Source of the DNA: Candidatus Saccharimonadota bacterium
GTDB taxonomy: Bacteria; Patescibacteriota; Gracilibacteria; Absconditabacterales; Absconditicoccaceae
Assembly (NCBI GenBank): GCA_965231145.1
Contig: OZ246420.1
Span: 360,001 to 392,000 of the forward strand
Reading direction: 5' to 3'
Length of the DNA: 32,000 nt
How positions within the stretch are numbered: position 1 is the first letter of the stretch; every line of letters begins with the position of its first letter. Below are positions 1-11,300 of this stretch, piece after piece. Under the pieces are notes generated by a model. That model was not told the DNA's origin. It made no database searches and saw nothing but the letters and a program-made list of their open reading frames with translations. Both the position numbers and the translations under genes were made by a program.

Positions 1-444
1 GAGCAGTTTCAACATGCAGTAGAGGCTGGTGAGTTCCTTGAATATCAGCAAAATTATGGATTAGGTTGGTATGCGACAAGAAAATCTGATGTAATAGATG
101 CTATCTCCCAGGGACAATATGTTATTAAAGATCTTGATATAAAAGGATTGCTCAGCATTTCCACTCATCATCCTGATGTCTGGGAGGTTACGAGAAGCGT
201 ATTTATAGACATAGACGATGAGACTATGAGGGCGCGTATTCTTTCGAGATCAACATTGCCGGAGGAAGAGATAAGTAAAAGAATTGCTACTGCGGCTATG
301 GAAAGAGAGTTAGCAAAACAAATATGTACTGACGTGATTGATGGTAGCTGAACAATAGAAGAGGAGTTTGCAAGTATATACGCCGTTGTTTCCCGCTACT
401 GTGAACCTTCAGCTACAGCGTTTATTTCTCCATCAGCTATCTAA
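1..444 (+). CDS. gmk: Guanylate kinase, C-terminal part (5-prime end lies outside the window)
   Basis: Frame 1 is open from nt 1. The translation EQFQHAVEAGEFLEYQQNYGLGWYATRKSDVIDAISQGQYVIKDLDIKGL...FIDIDDETMRARILSRSTLPEEEISKRIATAAMERE fits the guanylate kinase core and lid pattern. Track ORF 148..351 stops at TGA 349-351. Read as Gly, the frame continues to TAA 442-444. Confidence 0.8.
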
Positions 445-686
445 TGCGTATCCATATCCACGTAGTTCCATGATCAAAGAAACAATCAGTGGAAAAACAG
501 GGGGAAGATATATATGGTCATCCTGTCTATAAGATTAAGATTGCTGAGAAGCCTATTGATGGCCAAGCAAACAAGGGTTTGCTGGATGCTATTGCTGAAT
601 ACTTTCATGTGCCTATAAGACAGATTACTATCGTCTGAGGACATACATCCAGAGAGAAACTTATTGAAATAACAGATAACAAATAA
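444..686 (+). CDS. DUF167 (YggU-like) family protein
   Basis: ATG 444-446 overlaps the gmk stop (TAATG). Translation MRIHIHVVPGSKKQSV...YKIKIAEKPIDGQANKGLLDAIAEYFHVPIRQITIVGGHTSREKLIEI matches the DUF167 pattern (PP..GkAN ... G.tSR.K). It has two in-frame TGAs (471-473, 636-638); the second falls on the conserved Gly of IV-G-G.TSR. Missing from the ORF track because TGA breaks it into fragments under 60 aa. Confidence 0.75.
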
Positions 687-720
687 TAGATAGGAAAATT
701 TATTTGCTCTATGTATATAC

Positions 721-1068
721 ATGAAGAAGTTTATAGGATTTATTGTACTCATGGTTCTTATTGGGCTTGGAGCTCTCTGGATTTATCTCAAAAATTTCGC
801 AACGAAGGCAGATGTATGGTCATGGGAGTATAATTATAAAATGACTTTGCCGCTATGGATGAAAGCGTTGCCTCAAACAACTTGAGATCTGACAGATTTT
901 ATCGACAAGAAAAGAGATGAAGCACTTCAGGAGCTTGGTGTCGTAAAAGAAGATAAAAAAGCTCAGTTTAATGCCTGGCTTACAGGTCTCCAAAAAGACA
1001 TCGAAGATAAGGCAAAGGAAAAAGCTCATGAGTGGGTTGATGAACAGTTTAATTCAGGATCAAATTAA
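721..1068 (+). CDS. Hypothetical N-terminally membrane-anchored protein with a Lys/Glu-rich helical tail
   Basis: ATG 721. Translation starts MKKFIGFIVLMVLIGLGALWIYL (one TM helix) and ends in a charged tail ...KKRDEALQELGVVKEDKKAQFNAWLTGLQKDIEDKAKEKAHEWVDEQF. One in-frame TGA at 883-885; stop TAA 1066-1068. No family recognised. Confidence 0.5.
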
Positions 1069-1069
1069 T

Positions 1070-2152
1070 ATGAACTCATTACTGATGGTAGCACTAGGAG
1101 TGCTCATAGTGGCAATTATAGCGCTTCTGCTCGTGGTGTTTTTTTCGAGGAAGGGTATTTCTCCTGTAGAATGAACAAAGACTCGATCGGGTAATCAATC
1201 CATCTTTTTCGATGGTCTTTCTACTATCCATGTCGCTCATCCGGACATGAAGCATATTCTTTCCCAGCTCCAGCAACATATCATTGGCATGGATTACTTT
1301 TTACATGGATTGCTCATAGCGTTTCTTGCTGGCTGACATGTGCTTGTAGAAGGAGCTCCTGGGCTGGCTAAGACAAAGACTATTCGTCTGCTTTCGTCCC
1401 TCCTTGCGCTCGATACAAAGCGCATTCAGTTTACGCCAGACATGCTACCAGCTGATCTTATTGGAGTAGATATGTTCAATCCTTCGACGCGCGCATTTGA
1501 AACGTTCTTTGGACCATTATTTACCAATATATTACTTGCAGACGAAATCAATCGTGCGACACCGAAAGTGCAGTCTGCACTACTCGAAGCGATGCAAGAG
1601 AAACAGGTGAGTATAGGCGGTGTTTCTTATCCACTTACTGCTCCATTCTTTGTGCTTGCAACTCAAAATCCTATAGAACAAGATGGGACATATCCATTGC
1701 CTGAAGCACAGCTCGATAGATTTATCATGAAACTTACTGTGAGCTATCCATCGCTTGAAGCCGAAAAACAAATACTCCAAGCAGGACAACGTGATGAGAA
1801 ACGATCTATCGAATCAATTCTTTCTGCAGAGAAGGTGCTTGCATTACAGTCTGACGTAGAAGCAATACATATCAGTGAAGATATCCGTTCATATATTGCT
1901 CAGGTTTCTGTTGCTACGAGAAAGTCACATCCAGCGCTTGCATATGGGGTCTCGCCAAGAGGATCGCTGGCGATCCTTTCACTCGCAAAAGCTATCGCTT
2001 ATATCGAGTGAAGAAAAGAGGTCGTCAGATCGGATGTACAGAAGGTCATACTTCCGGCTCTCAGGCATCGTATTATCCTTTCGACTCAAGCGCACATGGA
2101 AGGACTGAGTGGTGAGGAGGTGTTGTTTGATCTTATGAAAGATATTCTCTAA
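1070..2152 (+). CDS. MoxR-family AAA+ ATPase, apparently with an N-terminal TM helix (alternative start ATG 1247)
   Basis: Track ORFs 971..1174 and 1340..2011 are in one frame, joined by TGAs 1172-1174 and 1334-1336. TGA 2009-2011 then extends the frame to TAA 2150-2152. Motifs: LLAG-G-HVLVEGAPGLAKT (Walker A), ILLADEINRA (Walker B), VLATQNPIEQDGTYPLPEAQLDRF, GVSPRG. From ATG 1070 the N-terminus reads MNSLLMVALGVLIVAIIALLLVVFFSRKG. The canonical MoxR N-terminus (MKHILSQLQQHIIGMDYFLHGLLIAFLAGG) starts at ATG 1247. Confidence 0.9.
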
Positions 2153-2172
2153 TAATTAAATATATTTCTTAT

Positions 2173-2207
2173 AAAAAAATGAAGAATGATTAGTTCTTCA
2201 TTTTTTT
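2173..2207. terminator. Bidirectional rho-independent terminator between convergent genes
   Basis: A7-ATGAAGAA-tgattag-TTCTTCAT-T7. It is an 8-bp perfect stem flanked by an A-run and a T-run. The 3-prime arm overlaps the last codons of the minus-strand gene ending at 2190. Confidence 0.55.
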
Positions 2208-3086
2208 GTAGATGTTATACCAGACTGTAGTGAAGAATGCTTCCACGATCCCATTGATATAAGCCGTAAGAAGACCGAGAATAATAAGTGTCCCGTAAAT
2301 AATGTACTTAATGAAACCTTGACTACTTATGTCTAGTCTTGTCGCTCCATAGATTATTAGCGCTGGGATGCCGAGAAAGATAAGAATATTGATGAGAGCT
2401 CTGAGATGAAGCACATAGCTAATGAGCGCGAACTTCACGCTGAGTCTGAGGTTTTCCAAGCCAAGCTGCATACTTTTTTTGATGGCTTGCAGAGGACTCA
2501 TGTTCTCCAGAACGATAAGAAATCTTGCATACGGTAGGAATACTGCTGTAAAGAAAATAATCAGTCCCCATAAGGTAAGTATGATGATGACAAATGGGTT
2601 TCAGAGGAGTCAGAGTACCCAAAATCTCGAGCCGAAGATGAAAAAGGTAAGCGGATCGAAAAACGACATGAGTCCATGATACTCGAACATAGGAAAGAAT
2701 TTTGTAAATCATTTTCCTATAGATAACGTTCCTTTTCTCTCGTAGTTGTCGAGATAGTAGATCATGGCTGCTTCGGCGATAGGCGGTAGGAGTACATAGC
2801 CAATAACCAGCACTATTCCAATTCCTATGAACCAAAAAAACACATTTGGTCAGGTGAAAAGCTCTTTTGCGAAGGAGAAGATATCCCCAACTGGCATACT
2901 TCATCCTTGTCTCTCTGTTACAACAAAAAAAACTGAATAGATAATATACAACAAGAATCCCATAGAATGTATGAATGTTGTTATTGTCGTCAGTCTTATG
3001 AACTTTGTATCATCGGTAATATGATCGTATGCACGCGCCACGACATGTTCCTGTTCTGTTTCGGTAATATGATCGTCCATACTCAT
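2190..3086 (-). CDS. Hypothetical polytopic membrane protein (298 aa)
   Basis: Track ORFs 2901..3086 and 2190..2501 share a frame. I hand-translated the gap and found five in-frame TGAs and no TAA/TAG. The product has about 6-7 hydrophobic helices (e.g. FFWFIGIGIVLVIGYVLLPPIAEAAMIYY, NPFVIIILTLWGLIIFFTAVFLPY, ILIFLGIPALIIYG, IIYGTLIILGLLTAYINGIV). No family recognised. Confidence 0.6.
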
Positions 3087-3095
3087 CTTATGTAT

Positions 3096-4148
3096 CTATT
3101 TTTTCTTCGGTAAAATCACCGGATTGATCGTCGTTATGTCAGGAAATAGTTTTTTCAGATCGCTCGGTATGTCGGTCTGTATATAGAGATTTTTTTCCGA
3201 AAAACAATCATAAAACCCATAGCCGTAACTATGCAGGAGTTGACGTGATACTTTTTCTTTTCTGTATGCTATATCATTTAACTTTTCGTCACCGTACATG
3301 ATATCTCCAATGATCGGTAGATTTTCTGATGCGAGGTGAACGCGTATCTGGTGCATTCTTCCTGTGTGAAGTGTCACAAGCAAGAGTGATATGTCACCAA
3401 GCGTTTCGTTTGAAATAGTTGAAATACATTCAAACTCAGTCTTAGACTCGAGGCCTTTTTCCTTGCTTACATACATTTGAGCTCTTTCATCATTTGCATT
3501 AAACCCTTTAAACAAAGGCTTGTCTATGATCATATGTGCTGGTGCTTTCCCCTTTACTACAGCGAGATATTTCTTTGTTACCTTTCTATCTCTGATGATC
3601 TCATTGAGATATTGAAGTGCCTCATAATCCTTTGCTCATACGATAAGTCCTGATGTATCTTTATCGAGTCTAAATCCAAATGAAGGTTTAAATGTTGCGC
3701 CCATCTTTGTCGGATCTTTCCCTTCTTTTTTCCATACCCAGTGCACATATGTCTCCAAATAATCATTGAGCGTGATGTCATTGAGATGGAGGTTTCCTGG
3801 ATGGATGACAATGCCATAAGGTTTGTTCCAGAAAATCCAGTGGGCGTCTTCGTAGACGATTTGCTTCTTAATATCCTCAATCGAGATGTTATGCTTCTTA
3901 AGAGTCTTTTCTGCGTGTGCAATAAATGGCTGCTTTAAGGTCAACTTCTCTTCGCTAAACTCTACTACGTCGCCGAGGACAAGTTTATAATTTTCTTCTT
4001 TTTTCTTTCCGTTTACCTTGATCGCTCCTTTTCTGATCCATGAATAGATATCAGCAAGTGTCACTTCGGTTTCTAGTTTGAAATATTTTCTTAAAAATCT
4101 ATCAAAGCGTTGATTAGCTTCGTTTACATGAATTTCTTTACGTGACAT
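3096..4148 (-). CDS. RluA-family (RluC/RluD-like) rRNA pseudouridine synthase with an N-terminal S4 domain
   Basis: Track ORFs 3636..4148 and 3096..3533 are in one frame (1053 nt), joined through TGA at 3636-3638 (plus-strand tca). Motifs: FRLDKDTSGLIV-G-AKD (catalytic Asp motif), TGRMHQIRVHLA, and an S4-like N-terminus RFDRFLRKYF...IRKGAIKVNGK. Confidence 0.9.
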
Positions 4149-4336
4149 TGGATGTCTGGAGAATAAAAAATAGACTATAACTATCTAAGGAGTAAGTATA
4201 CTGAAAAGAGTGTATTGAACAAGGACAATTAGATTGTAATTTGTAAACAGGTATTTTCTATTTACGGTTGCAAATGAGCCCATAAAACCTACAACGTACG
4301 AAAGAAATTATCGGTTATTATTTTTCCTTCCTCCTG

Positions 4337-5812
4337 ATGAAAAAACATAAGCATATACAGAAAAAAATACCATACCTTTACGTTGGAATAGCTGCAGGAG
4401 TGGTCGCATTGGTGGGTATTTTCTTGTATCTCAAAATCGTCTATTTTCCAGATAGAGCGCAGTTTGGTCTCGGGGGTTCTTTCAATTTTGCAAAGGAAGA
4501 TATTGATCGCGCTCGTGCTCTCGATATTGGTGCGCTGCACTCATTCACAGGTGATTACATCGTTTCGGCAAACACGCTTACTTCTATGGAAGCTGTCTAT
4601 AAGGAGACGCATGATCACAAGGTCGCATTTTCTTTGCTGCAAATGTATATTATCCACTATCAATTTGATAAGGCGTTTCTTCTGATCAAAGACATGTACC
4701 GTAAGGAGATTGATTTTACCGTGATCCCGCCTTCAACATTTCTCTATATCTTTTTTAATTCCTCTCAGCTCTCGCCTTCAAACTATGAGCTTATACAGGG
4801 TATCATAGAAGATTATAAAAATAACGAGCGTATAGATCAAGAAACAGCAATAGTATATCGCTCTCTGTTGGATCTCTATAGATGAGACCAGATTTCTTTT
4901 TATAGTGGTGTGCAAACGCTTTCTGTGACAGGAGAATATAAGAGTCTGGTAGAAGGAATTCAGAATGCGCAAAAAGCAGCAAGAGATATTGGTACATCAT
5001 TGGCGTATTATCAGGATGGGCTTTGAGCATTGGTATTGCTTCAGGAGTGATACTTTAGAGTAGCCCAGAAATGGGCTGTTACTATTAGAACAAAAGATAC
5101 GAAGTATGTACTTCCGTATCAAATTTTAGCTCAGGCAGCATTGCTTCAGAGCCACCGGGATGAAGCTGCGCAGTATTTTGATACATTGTTAAAGATGGAT
5201 AATACACATCCAAGTCAGTATCAGTTTGGCTTATGCAGGAGTTACTTCCGGCTTGGGGATTATGCAAAAGCAGTACAGCACTGTCAGCAAGTAAAAGACA
5301 AAAGTTTGTACGATGCTTTAAGATATGAGCTCCTTGCATATTATCAGAAAAAAGATTGGCAGGGAATGATGAACACCTTTCAAGGACTTCTGACAAAGAA
5401 ACAGATCAGTGAAAATGATTATTATACGTTTTTTGATATCGTCTTTTACCAGCCATTTGTGACTGATAAGGACTTCGCTCATGTGCAAAAGTATTATGTT
5501 TCAGTAGTTCTTCCTTATCTGAATCAATGTGTGTCAGACTTCAGTGCGTCTGCAACAGTATGTAAATATGGGCAGGCATGATTTTACTTGTACAAAAACG
5601 ACTTCTCAAAAGCATATAGAGACCTGCTCTTTCTTGCATCTCGTCATCCGAGTAGTTATGTGTTTAGAGCTCTTGGTCAGTACTATGAATGACGTGGAGA
5701 TGAGGATAAAGCAAAGGCATACTACCTCAGAGCGTCAACTCCAACGACGTGAGCAGTTCTCGATATCTCTTCGTTAATAAGTTGAGCTTGAAATAGCTCG
5801 AAGAATGAATAA
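4337..5812 (+). CDS. Membrane-anchored TPR-like repeat protein (491 aa)
   Basis: Track ORFs 4337..4885 and 5141..5581 are in one frame. I checked codon by codon: in-frame TGAs at 4883, 5024, 5048, 5579, 5690, 5750, 5783 and 5789, and the first true stop is TAA 5810-5812. There is an N-terminal TM helix (IPYLYVGIAAGVVALVGIFLYL). TPR-like helices include RLGDYAKAVQHCQQV and ALGQYYE-G-RGDEDKAKAYYLRA. Confidence 0.6.
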
Positions 5813-5820
5813 TAATCGCT

Positions 5821-6120
5821 ATGTTTAGCTTTTTTCTGATTGTCTGAATGTATGATACTATTTTACGTATAGCACACGATATCGTGCTTATCGGATGAGC
5901 ATTGCTGATGATTTTAGGAGTTATTTTACTCCTTATCCTTATTGGTATCTCCGTAAGAATTAATAAGATAGTATCAAAAGGTATGCATGCCGTGTCTCTG
6001 GTGTCAGAGTATATTATGCTGCCATTCTCTTACATTACAGCATTGTTCGCTGCACGTAAGAGTGAGCCGGAAGAGGAGACTCCACCTGCGAAAAGGAAGA
6101 CAACAACAAGAAGAAAGTAG
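5821..6120 (+). CDS. Small membrane protein with a basic C-terminal tail (99 aa)
   Basis: ATG 5821 lies in the frame of track ORF 5902..6120. Two in-frame TGAs lie upstream of 5902. Translation: MFSFFLIVGMYDTILRIAHDIVLIGGALLMILGVILLLILIGISV...EPEEETPPAKRKTTTRRK. Located immediately upstream of secD. No family recognised. Confidence 0.45.
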
Positions 6121-6153
6121 TATGTCATTTTAGTAGTTATCATTAGTGTAAAC

Positions 6154-8337
6154 ATGAGTGCGAAAAAAAAGGGTAATCGTTTATTGATGTATGTAGGGTT
6201 ATTTGCTGTGTCACTTTTCCTTATATTCTTTGTAGGAACGAGCATTGATAAAGAGACATGAAAGTCTCAGACTGTTATAACTGCAAATGGATTGCAACAT
6301 TTTAAGAAAGGACTTGATATCGCAGGTTGAGTAAGATTGACCTATAAGATAGACTTTTCTAAATATGAAGAAGCATATAAAAATGAAGCCGAGCTTCTTC
6401 AGGTAAAGAAAACAGCGCAAAATATTATTTTGAAAAATATTGATAATAGAATTTCAAAACTTTGAGTAAGCGATTACTCAGCGTATATCCAGAAACTCAC
6501 GGATGGAGAATATCTTATCGTGGAGATTGGAGGTTTAAGTGATATTGATGAAGCAAAAGGTATCATTGGTAAGACTGTAGAACTTGAGTTCAAACTTGCT
6601 AATAGCGATAATGAAGGATCTGCTGAACTCTATGCGCAGAGACAGAGGATAGCAGAAAATATGCTCGTTAATGTGTCGGCTACTCCTGCTCAGTTTGAAC
6701 AACTCGGTAGTGGGAAAATTTCAGAAGATATTTTCTATTCTCATTATACTGATGCTCAGCTTGAGCAGCTTCCAGACTTGTATCGTCAAAATCCTGAGCT
6801 TCTTTCGTCGCTCACTGCAGGGTCTATCTATCCAACCTTGTTGACTGATACGTATCATACGCTTACAGGACAGGATGCGAGTGGAAATATCCAAAGTCAG
6901 CAGCTTAAAGGGTTTACTATCCTTAAGTTTAATGGTGTTAAGACTGTAGCTCTCAATGCTGTAGATTCGGCAAGAGTGATAGCAGTCGCTGAAACTCGTA
7001 AACTTGCTCATGATATTGTTTGGGCAAAAGATGAAGCTCCTTCGCTTACGGGAACATTAACGTTTGATGGAAGATCTACAGTGAAGTTTGTAGGTCAAGA
7101 AGTTCTTCAAGGTATTTCTGGTTATAATATGACACTCTATCAGGTTGCAGATACTACGGTAGGGGAAAAGGTCGCGTCTCAGATCAAGGCAGGGAAAAAG
7201 CCAGCTACAACAGATGCTACTATTATTGCAGAAGGATGGGCTGAAGGTGCGGTACTTGGAGCTCAGCTTATTGGTTTTGATCCTGCGGCTCAGGTAAAGA
7301 TATACGATCAGCAAGAAGGAACATTCGTGTTGTCTATTACTGATAGTAAAGAGGCAAATGAAATACTGGTTCCTACTATTTTCTTTAGAGGACAGAACAA
7401 GCAAAATGCTGAGAACCTTATCTTTGCTATAACAAATGCAAACTTGTATGATATCGAAGATATCCGTGTTCAGGATACACAGAGCTGGGTAGTGGCAAAA
7501 GATCCAAAGAGTAATGATATCCTCAATGGAGCGTTCTTTAAGTTTGCCAATGTTGGTCAATCTCAGACTGGTAAGCCAGTAGTAAGTATTAACTTTGACG
7601 ACAAGGGGAAAGAAATTTTCTGTAATATTACTGAAGAAAATATCGGTAAACAGATGGCTATCTTCGTCGGTGGTAGTCTTATGACTTCGCCAGTCATCCA
7701 AGATAAAATCTGTGGTGGTTCCGCTCAGATTGATGGTACGTTTGATTCAAAGGGAGCGAAAGAGCTCACAGAAAACCTCAATAGTGGTGCTCTTCCAGCG
7801 CCCCTTCTTCTCTCGCATGAAGAGAAAGTCTCTCCAACGCTTGGAGCATCAGCATTGACAGGATCATTCATCGCAGCTGGTGTAGGGTTTATAGTGATCT
7901 ACATCCTTATGTTCTTCATGTATGGATGGAAGAAGGCAAATGTTGTGATCATTACGCTTATCGTTTTCGTCGCATTCCTTATGGCGATCTTTAAACTGAT
8001 AGGTATCGTTTCGTCTCTTTCTGCTATCGCTGCTGCTATCCTTACCGTAGGTATGGCGGTTGATGCAAATGTACTTATCTTTGAAAGACTGAAAGAGGAG
8101 CTTGCTGAAGGAAAGTCTATGCATATGGCTATCGAAGATGCATATGAAAGAAGCTGGTATCCGATCAGAGATGGTAATGTGAGTACAGGTCTTATTGGTT
8201 TCCTTCTCTTCACTATGGGAGTAAATGTGTTTAAGGGATTCGGTACGACGATCCTTATCAATATGTTCCTTATCCTTCTCGTAAACGTGCCTTTGACAAA
8301 AGAACTGTTGCTACTTTTCTACAGTGATAAACGTTAA
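6154..8337 (+). CDS. secD: Protein translocase subunit SecD (727 aa, long periplasmic domain)
   Basis: ATG 6154 is in frame with track ORF 6520..8337, with TGAs at 6259, 6328 and 6463. Hallmarks: KGLDIAG-G-VRLTYKID, RISKL-G-VSD, IGKTVELEFK, and the C-terminal TM bundle ...GMAVDANVLIFERLKEE...SWYPIRDGNVSTGLIG. No SecF-like half is present in this ORF. Confidence 0.9.
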
Positions 8338-8354
8338 TAGTATATACTGCATAT

Positions 8355-8380
8355 GAGCTGCTACTTGCTAGCAGCTCTTT
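8355..8380 (+). terminator. Rho-independent terminator after secD
   Basis: GAGCTGCTA-cttgc-TAGCAGCTC, a perfect 9-bp stem, followed by TTT. It sits 18 nt after the secD stop. Confidence 0.5.
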
Positions 8381-8397
8381 GACAAGGAGAAATAGTT

Positions 8398-11300
8398 ATG
8401 ATACGCTTTTATCAGTTTAGTCTATCCGCTTCTATGAAAAAGACGATCTTTCTTATTGTAGGTATCCTTATTGTTCTTGTCCTTTGATATCAGGTATTTG
8501 ATGCATATCTTGCAAATCATACATATTACCGGGGAACGGCTACTGACGTTGGTATGATTGGAAGCGGAGCAAATTGGAAGATACTGATCTGGTCTATCGT
8601 ATTTGCTGCACTTCCTATTACGTATCTTCTCGCATTTAAAAAGAAGACGCTGAAGGGCTTTGCTATTTCCTTGTTTTCATGACTTTTCTTATATTCAGTA
8701 GCAGCGTCTGCAGTGAAAGATGCGCTTATTTGACCAGGATTCCTTATTATGTTATTTAAGTATGTGATCCTTTTTGCTGTTATCTCTTACTTTATAGCAG
8801 GTCTTGTTTCTACAGGAACGTGGATAAGACATAAGATTTTTGGTCAACATCATCGAAGTATCGAACAAATATTTCTCAATATCGGCCTTGGACTTATGGC
8901 TTTCTGTCTTATTAATTACGTCCTTATTGTTCTTCATCTTTTCTATGGAATTGTTGTCGCTATCTTCTTTGTTGCATATGGTGTTTGCAGCTGGATGATG
9001 AAAAAGGAACTTACTCATGTAAAGACAACGATTGAACATATCCTCAATATTATCTCGTGGGAAAAGGTGAAACACTCTCCGATGTTTTTTGTGTACATCT
9101 TATTGATACTTTTTTCACTCATGTATATTTACCATGGATTTGTCCTTGCGGACATCCCATACCCAACAGCATGGGACGCAAATCATGCATATATGTACTT
9201 CCCTAAAATATGGGCTTTGAATAGTGGTTATTACTGGGAAGCAGGACTGGCGAATAACCCTCAAATCTGGTATACATATATAGCGTTTTGGTTTAAACTT
9301 ATGTATATTTTTGGGACAAATACATGGATCAGTGCTGATAATCTCGCTGTTATTATGAACTTTATCAGTGGAGTATTTGTGCTCTCGTTTGGACTTATCC
9401 TGGTGAGAGAGGTTATTCACTTCATCCAGGGTAACGATGAGCATCAGGAAAATATTTTCTTTATCATCGGATGGTTCCTTCTTATCCTTTGGTTAACCAG
9501 TGGTATGGGAGCATTTCTTGTATTCGTTGATAATAAGACGGATCTTGGTATTATGGCTCTTACGATCTTAGCTCTTTACTCAGGCTTCTTGTTTATCAAC
9601 CAGCTTGCTACTTCAGGTCAGCATAAAGACTCTATGCAATATGCTATTCTTTCAGGAGTATTGTTCGCGGGAGCTATTCTTGCAAAACCGACAGCTACGT
9701 TTGATGTGATTAATTTCACTGTTACGTTGATCGCATTGTGGTTTGGAGGTATCTTGGCATTGGGTGTTATCTTAGGAATCATAGGGGTGCTTGGTAAGTC
9801 TTCTATCCTCACTGCGCAGAAGTTTATTAGTCCGGCTCTTGCCAATCAAATGCTCATCTCATGAGGTGTACTTTCAATTATAGGAGTTGTTTACGCATGG
9901 ATAAAGAAGAAATGGCAGCATATTCGTTATATTATTGTATGGGCGGCTGTCATCATAGGTACACTTCTTATCGTAAAAGGACCATACCTTCTTGCAAAAC
10001 AACTAAAGATAGATCATGAATTTAAGCCTTCTCAGCTAGTAAAAGATATATTCCTTACGCAGCAGACAGAGCAAAAAAAGAAACCAATCTTGCTCGCAAG
10101 TACTGTAGATTATAATCAGCTTTTAGCAGCAGATATTGATATAAGCGATGCAGCAGCAGTAGCTACTACAGGTGCAACTTCTCCTATGGATGCAGCACTT
10201 GCTGCATGTAAGGCGCAAAATGTTTCTACAGAAGATCTTTATAAAGATCTTAAGACGCCTCCGGGAAGTGCTCTCAATGAAGACGTTGGAAGATACGTCG
10301 GATATGGATGGAGAAGCTTTACCAATCCATGGTGGTGATTTGTTATAGGAAATGGATGTCATGGGAAAAAAGACGCAAAGATTCTCTGTGAAAATCAGGG
10401 TATTCTAGAAGCTCCTACGCATTCAGGATTGCAAATGATCCATGATATGTTGCCAGATGAAAGCGAAGCAAAATCTATGATAGGAGAAGCTTTATTGCTA
10501 GATCCGACAGCTCTCGCTACGAGTGAGATTATGCTCAATATTAAATCATACTATCAAGATGGAAGCTGGGCAAAGCAGAATGGTGTTGTCTCTTTACCAT
10601 ATATTGCTCTTGTTCCTTTCAATATTACATTTAACTGGTCGCTTCAAAATCTTACGAGTTATTATACTGATATTGGAGTAATCTGGCTTATCTGTTTGTT
10701 TATTGTTATACTCGGTTTTGTATATAGTCTTGTACAATGGAATAAAAAACTTTTCGCTGTCACTCTTTCTGCTCTTTGTGGATGGACGATTTGGTGGATT
10801 GCGGGAGGAGCTATTCTTTGGTATTCTCTTGGTGTGGTCATCTGGACTATCATCGCAACTATCCTTGTGCTGTATACATTTGGACAACGTAATAATGCAC
10901 TCCAGAAAAATCTTTTCTCAGCAATTATCCTTATACTTGCTCTCATTGGTATCTACCAACTGTTTCTTAACTTTATCAGAATATCGTCGCAGTGAGGCGG
11001 AGGACCATTCGTATGGTACAAAGCAAATGTGGGAAATAAGATGAAATTTGATAATAATTTGCAGCAGCAAACTGTGCAGAAAATAGGATATAACGATAAG
11101 GATGTGTTTGAACTGCAGTTCGGTTCATATACGCCCATTATTAATATACTTGATCAAAGAGGTGAAGATGAAGGAGTTATCGTTGCCGGAACATATCTTT
11201 CGTATTTCCTACGTAATCAGCACAGACTTGAATCTGATGGTTTTCTTGTTAGTTTCCGGAAAAATCTCTCTGACAATAATCCATGTAATACATATCTGAG

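Noticed and set aside
486-752. 88-aa minus-strand ORF
   Set aside because: It is antisense to the DUF167 gene and the following intergenic region, with no supporting motifs.
2419-2904. 161-aa minus-strand track ORF
   Set aside because: It is a different frame overlapping the re-stitched 298-aa membrane protein (2190..3086). The stitched frame gives coherent TM helices, while this frame gives an Arg/His/Ser-rich sequence.
4149-4336. 188-nt divergent intergenic region as a possible ncRNA or riboswitch
   Set aside because: I could not find a convincing conserved fold or known riboswitch motif by eye. It most likely holds only the divergent promoters of the pseudouridine synthase and TPR genes.
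7057-7701. 214-aa minus-strand ORF
   Set aside because: It is antisense to the strongly supported secD gene. Its translation is Cys/Ser/Leu-rich with no recognisable features.
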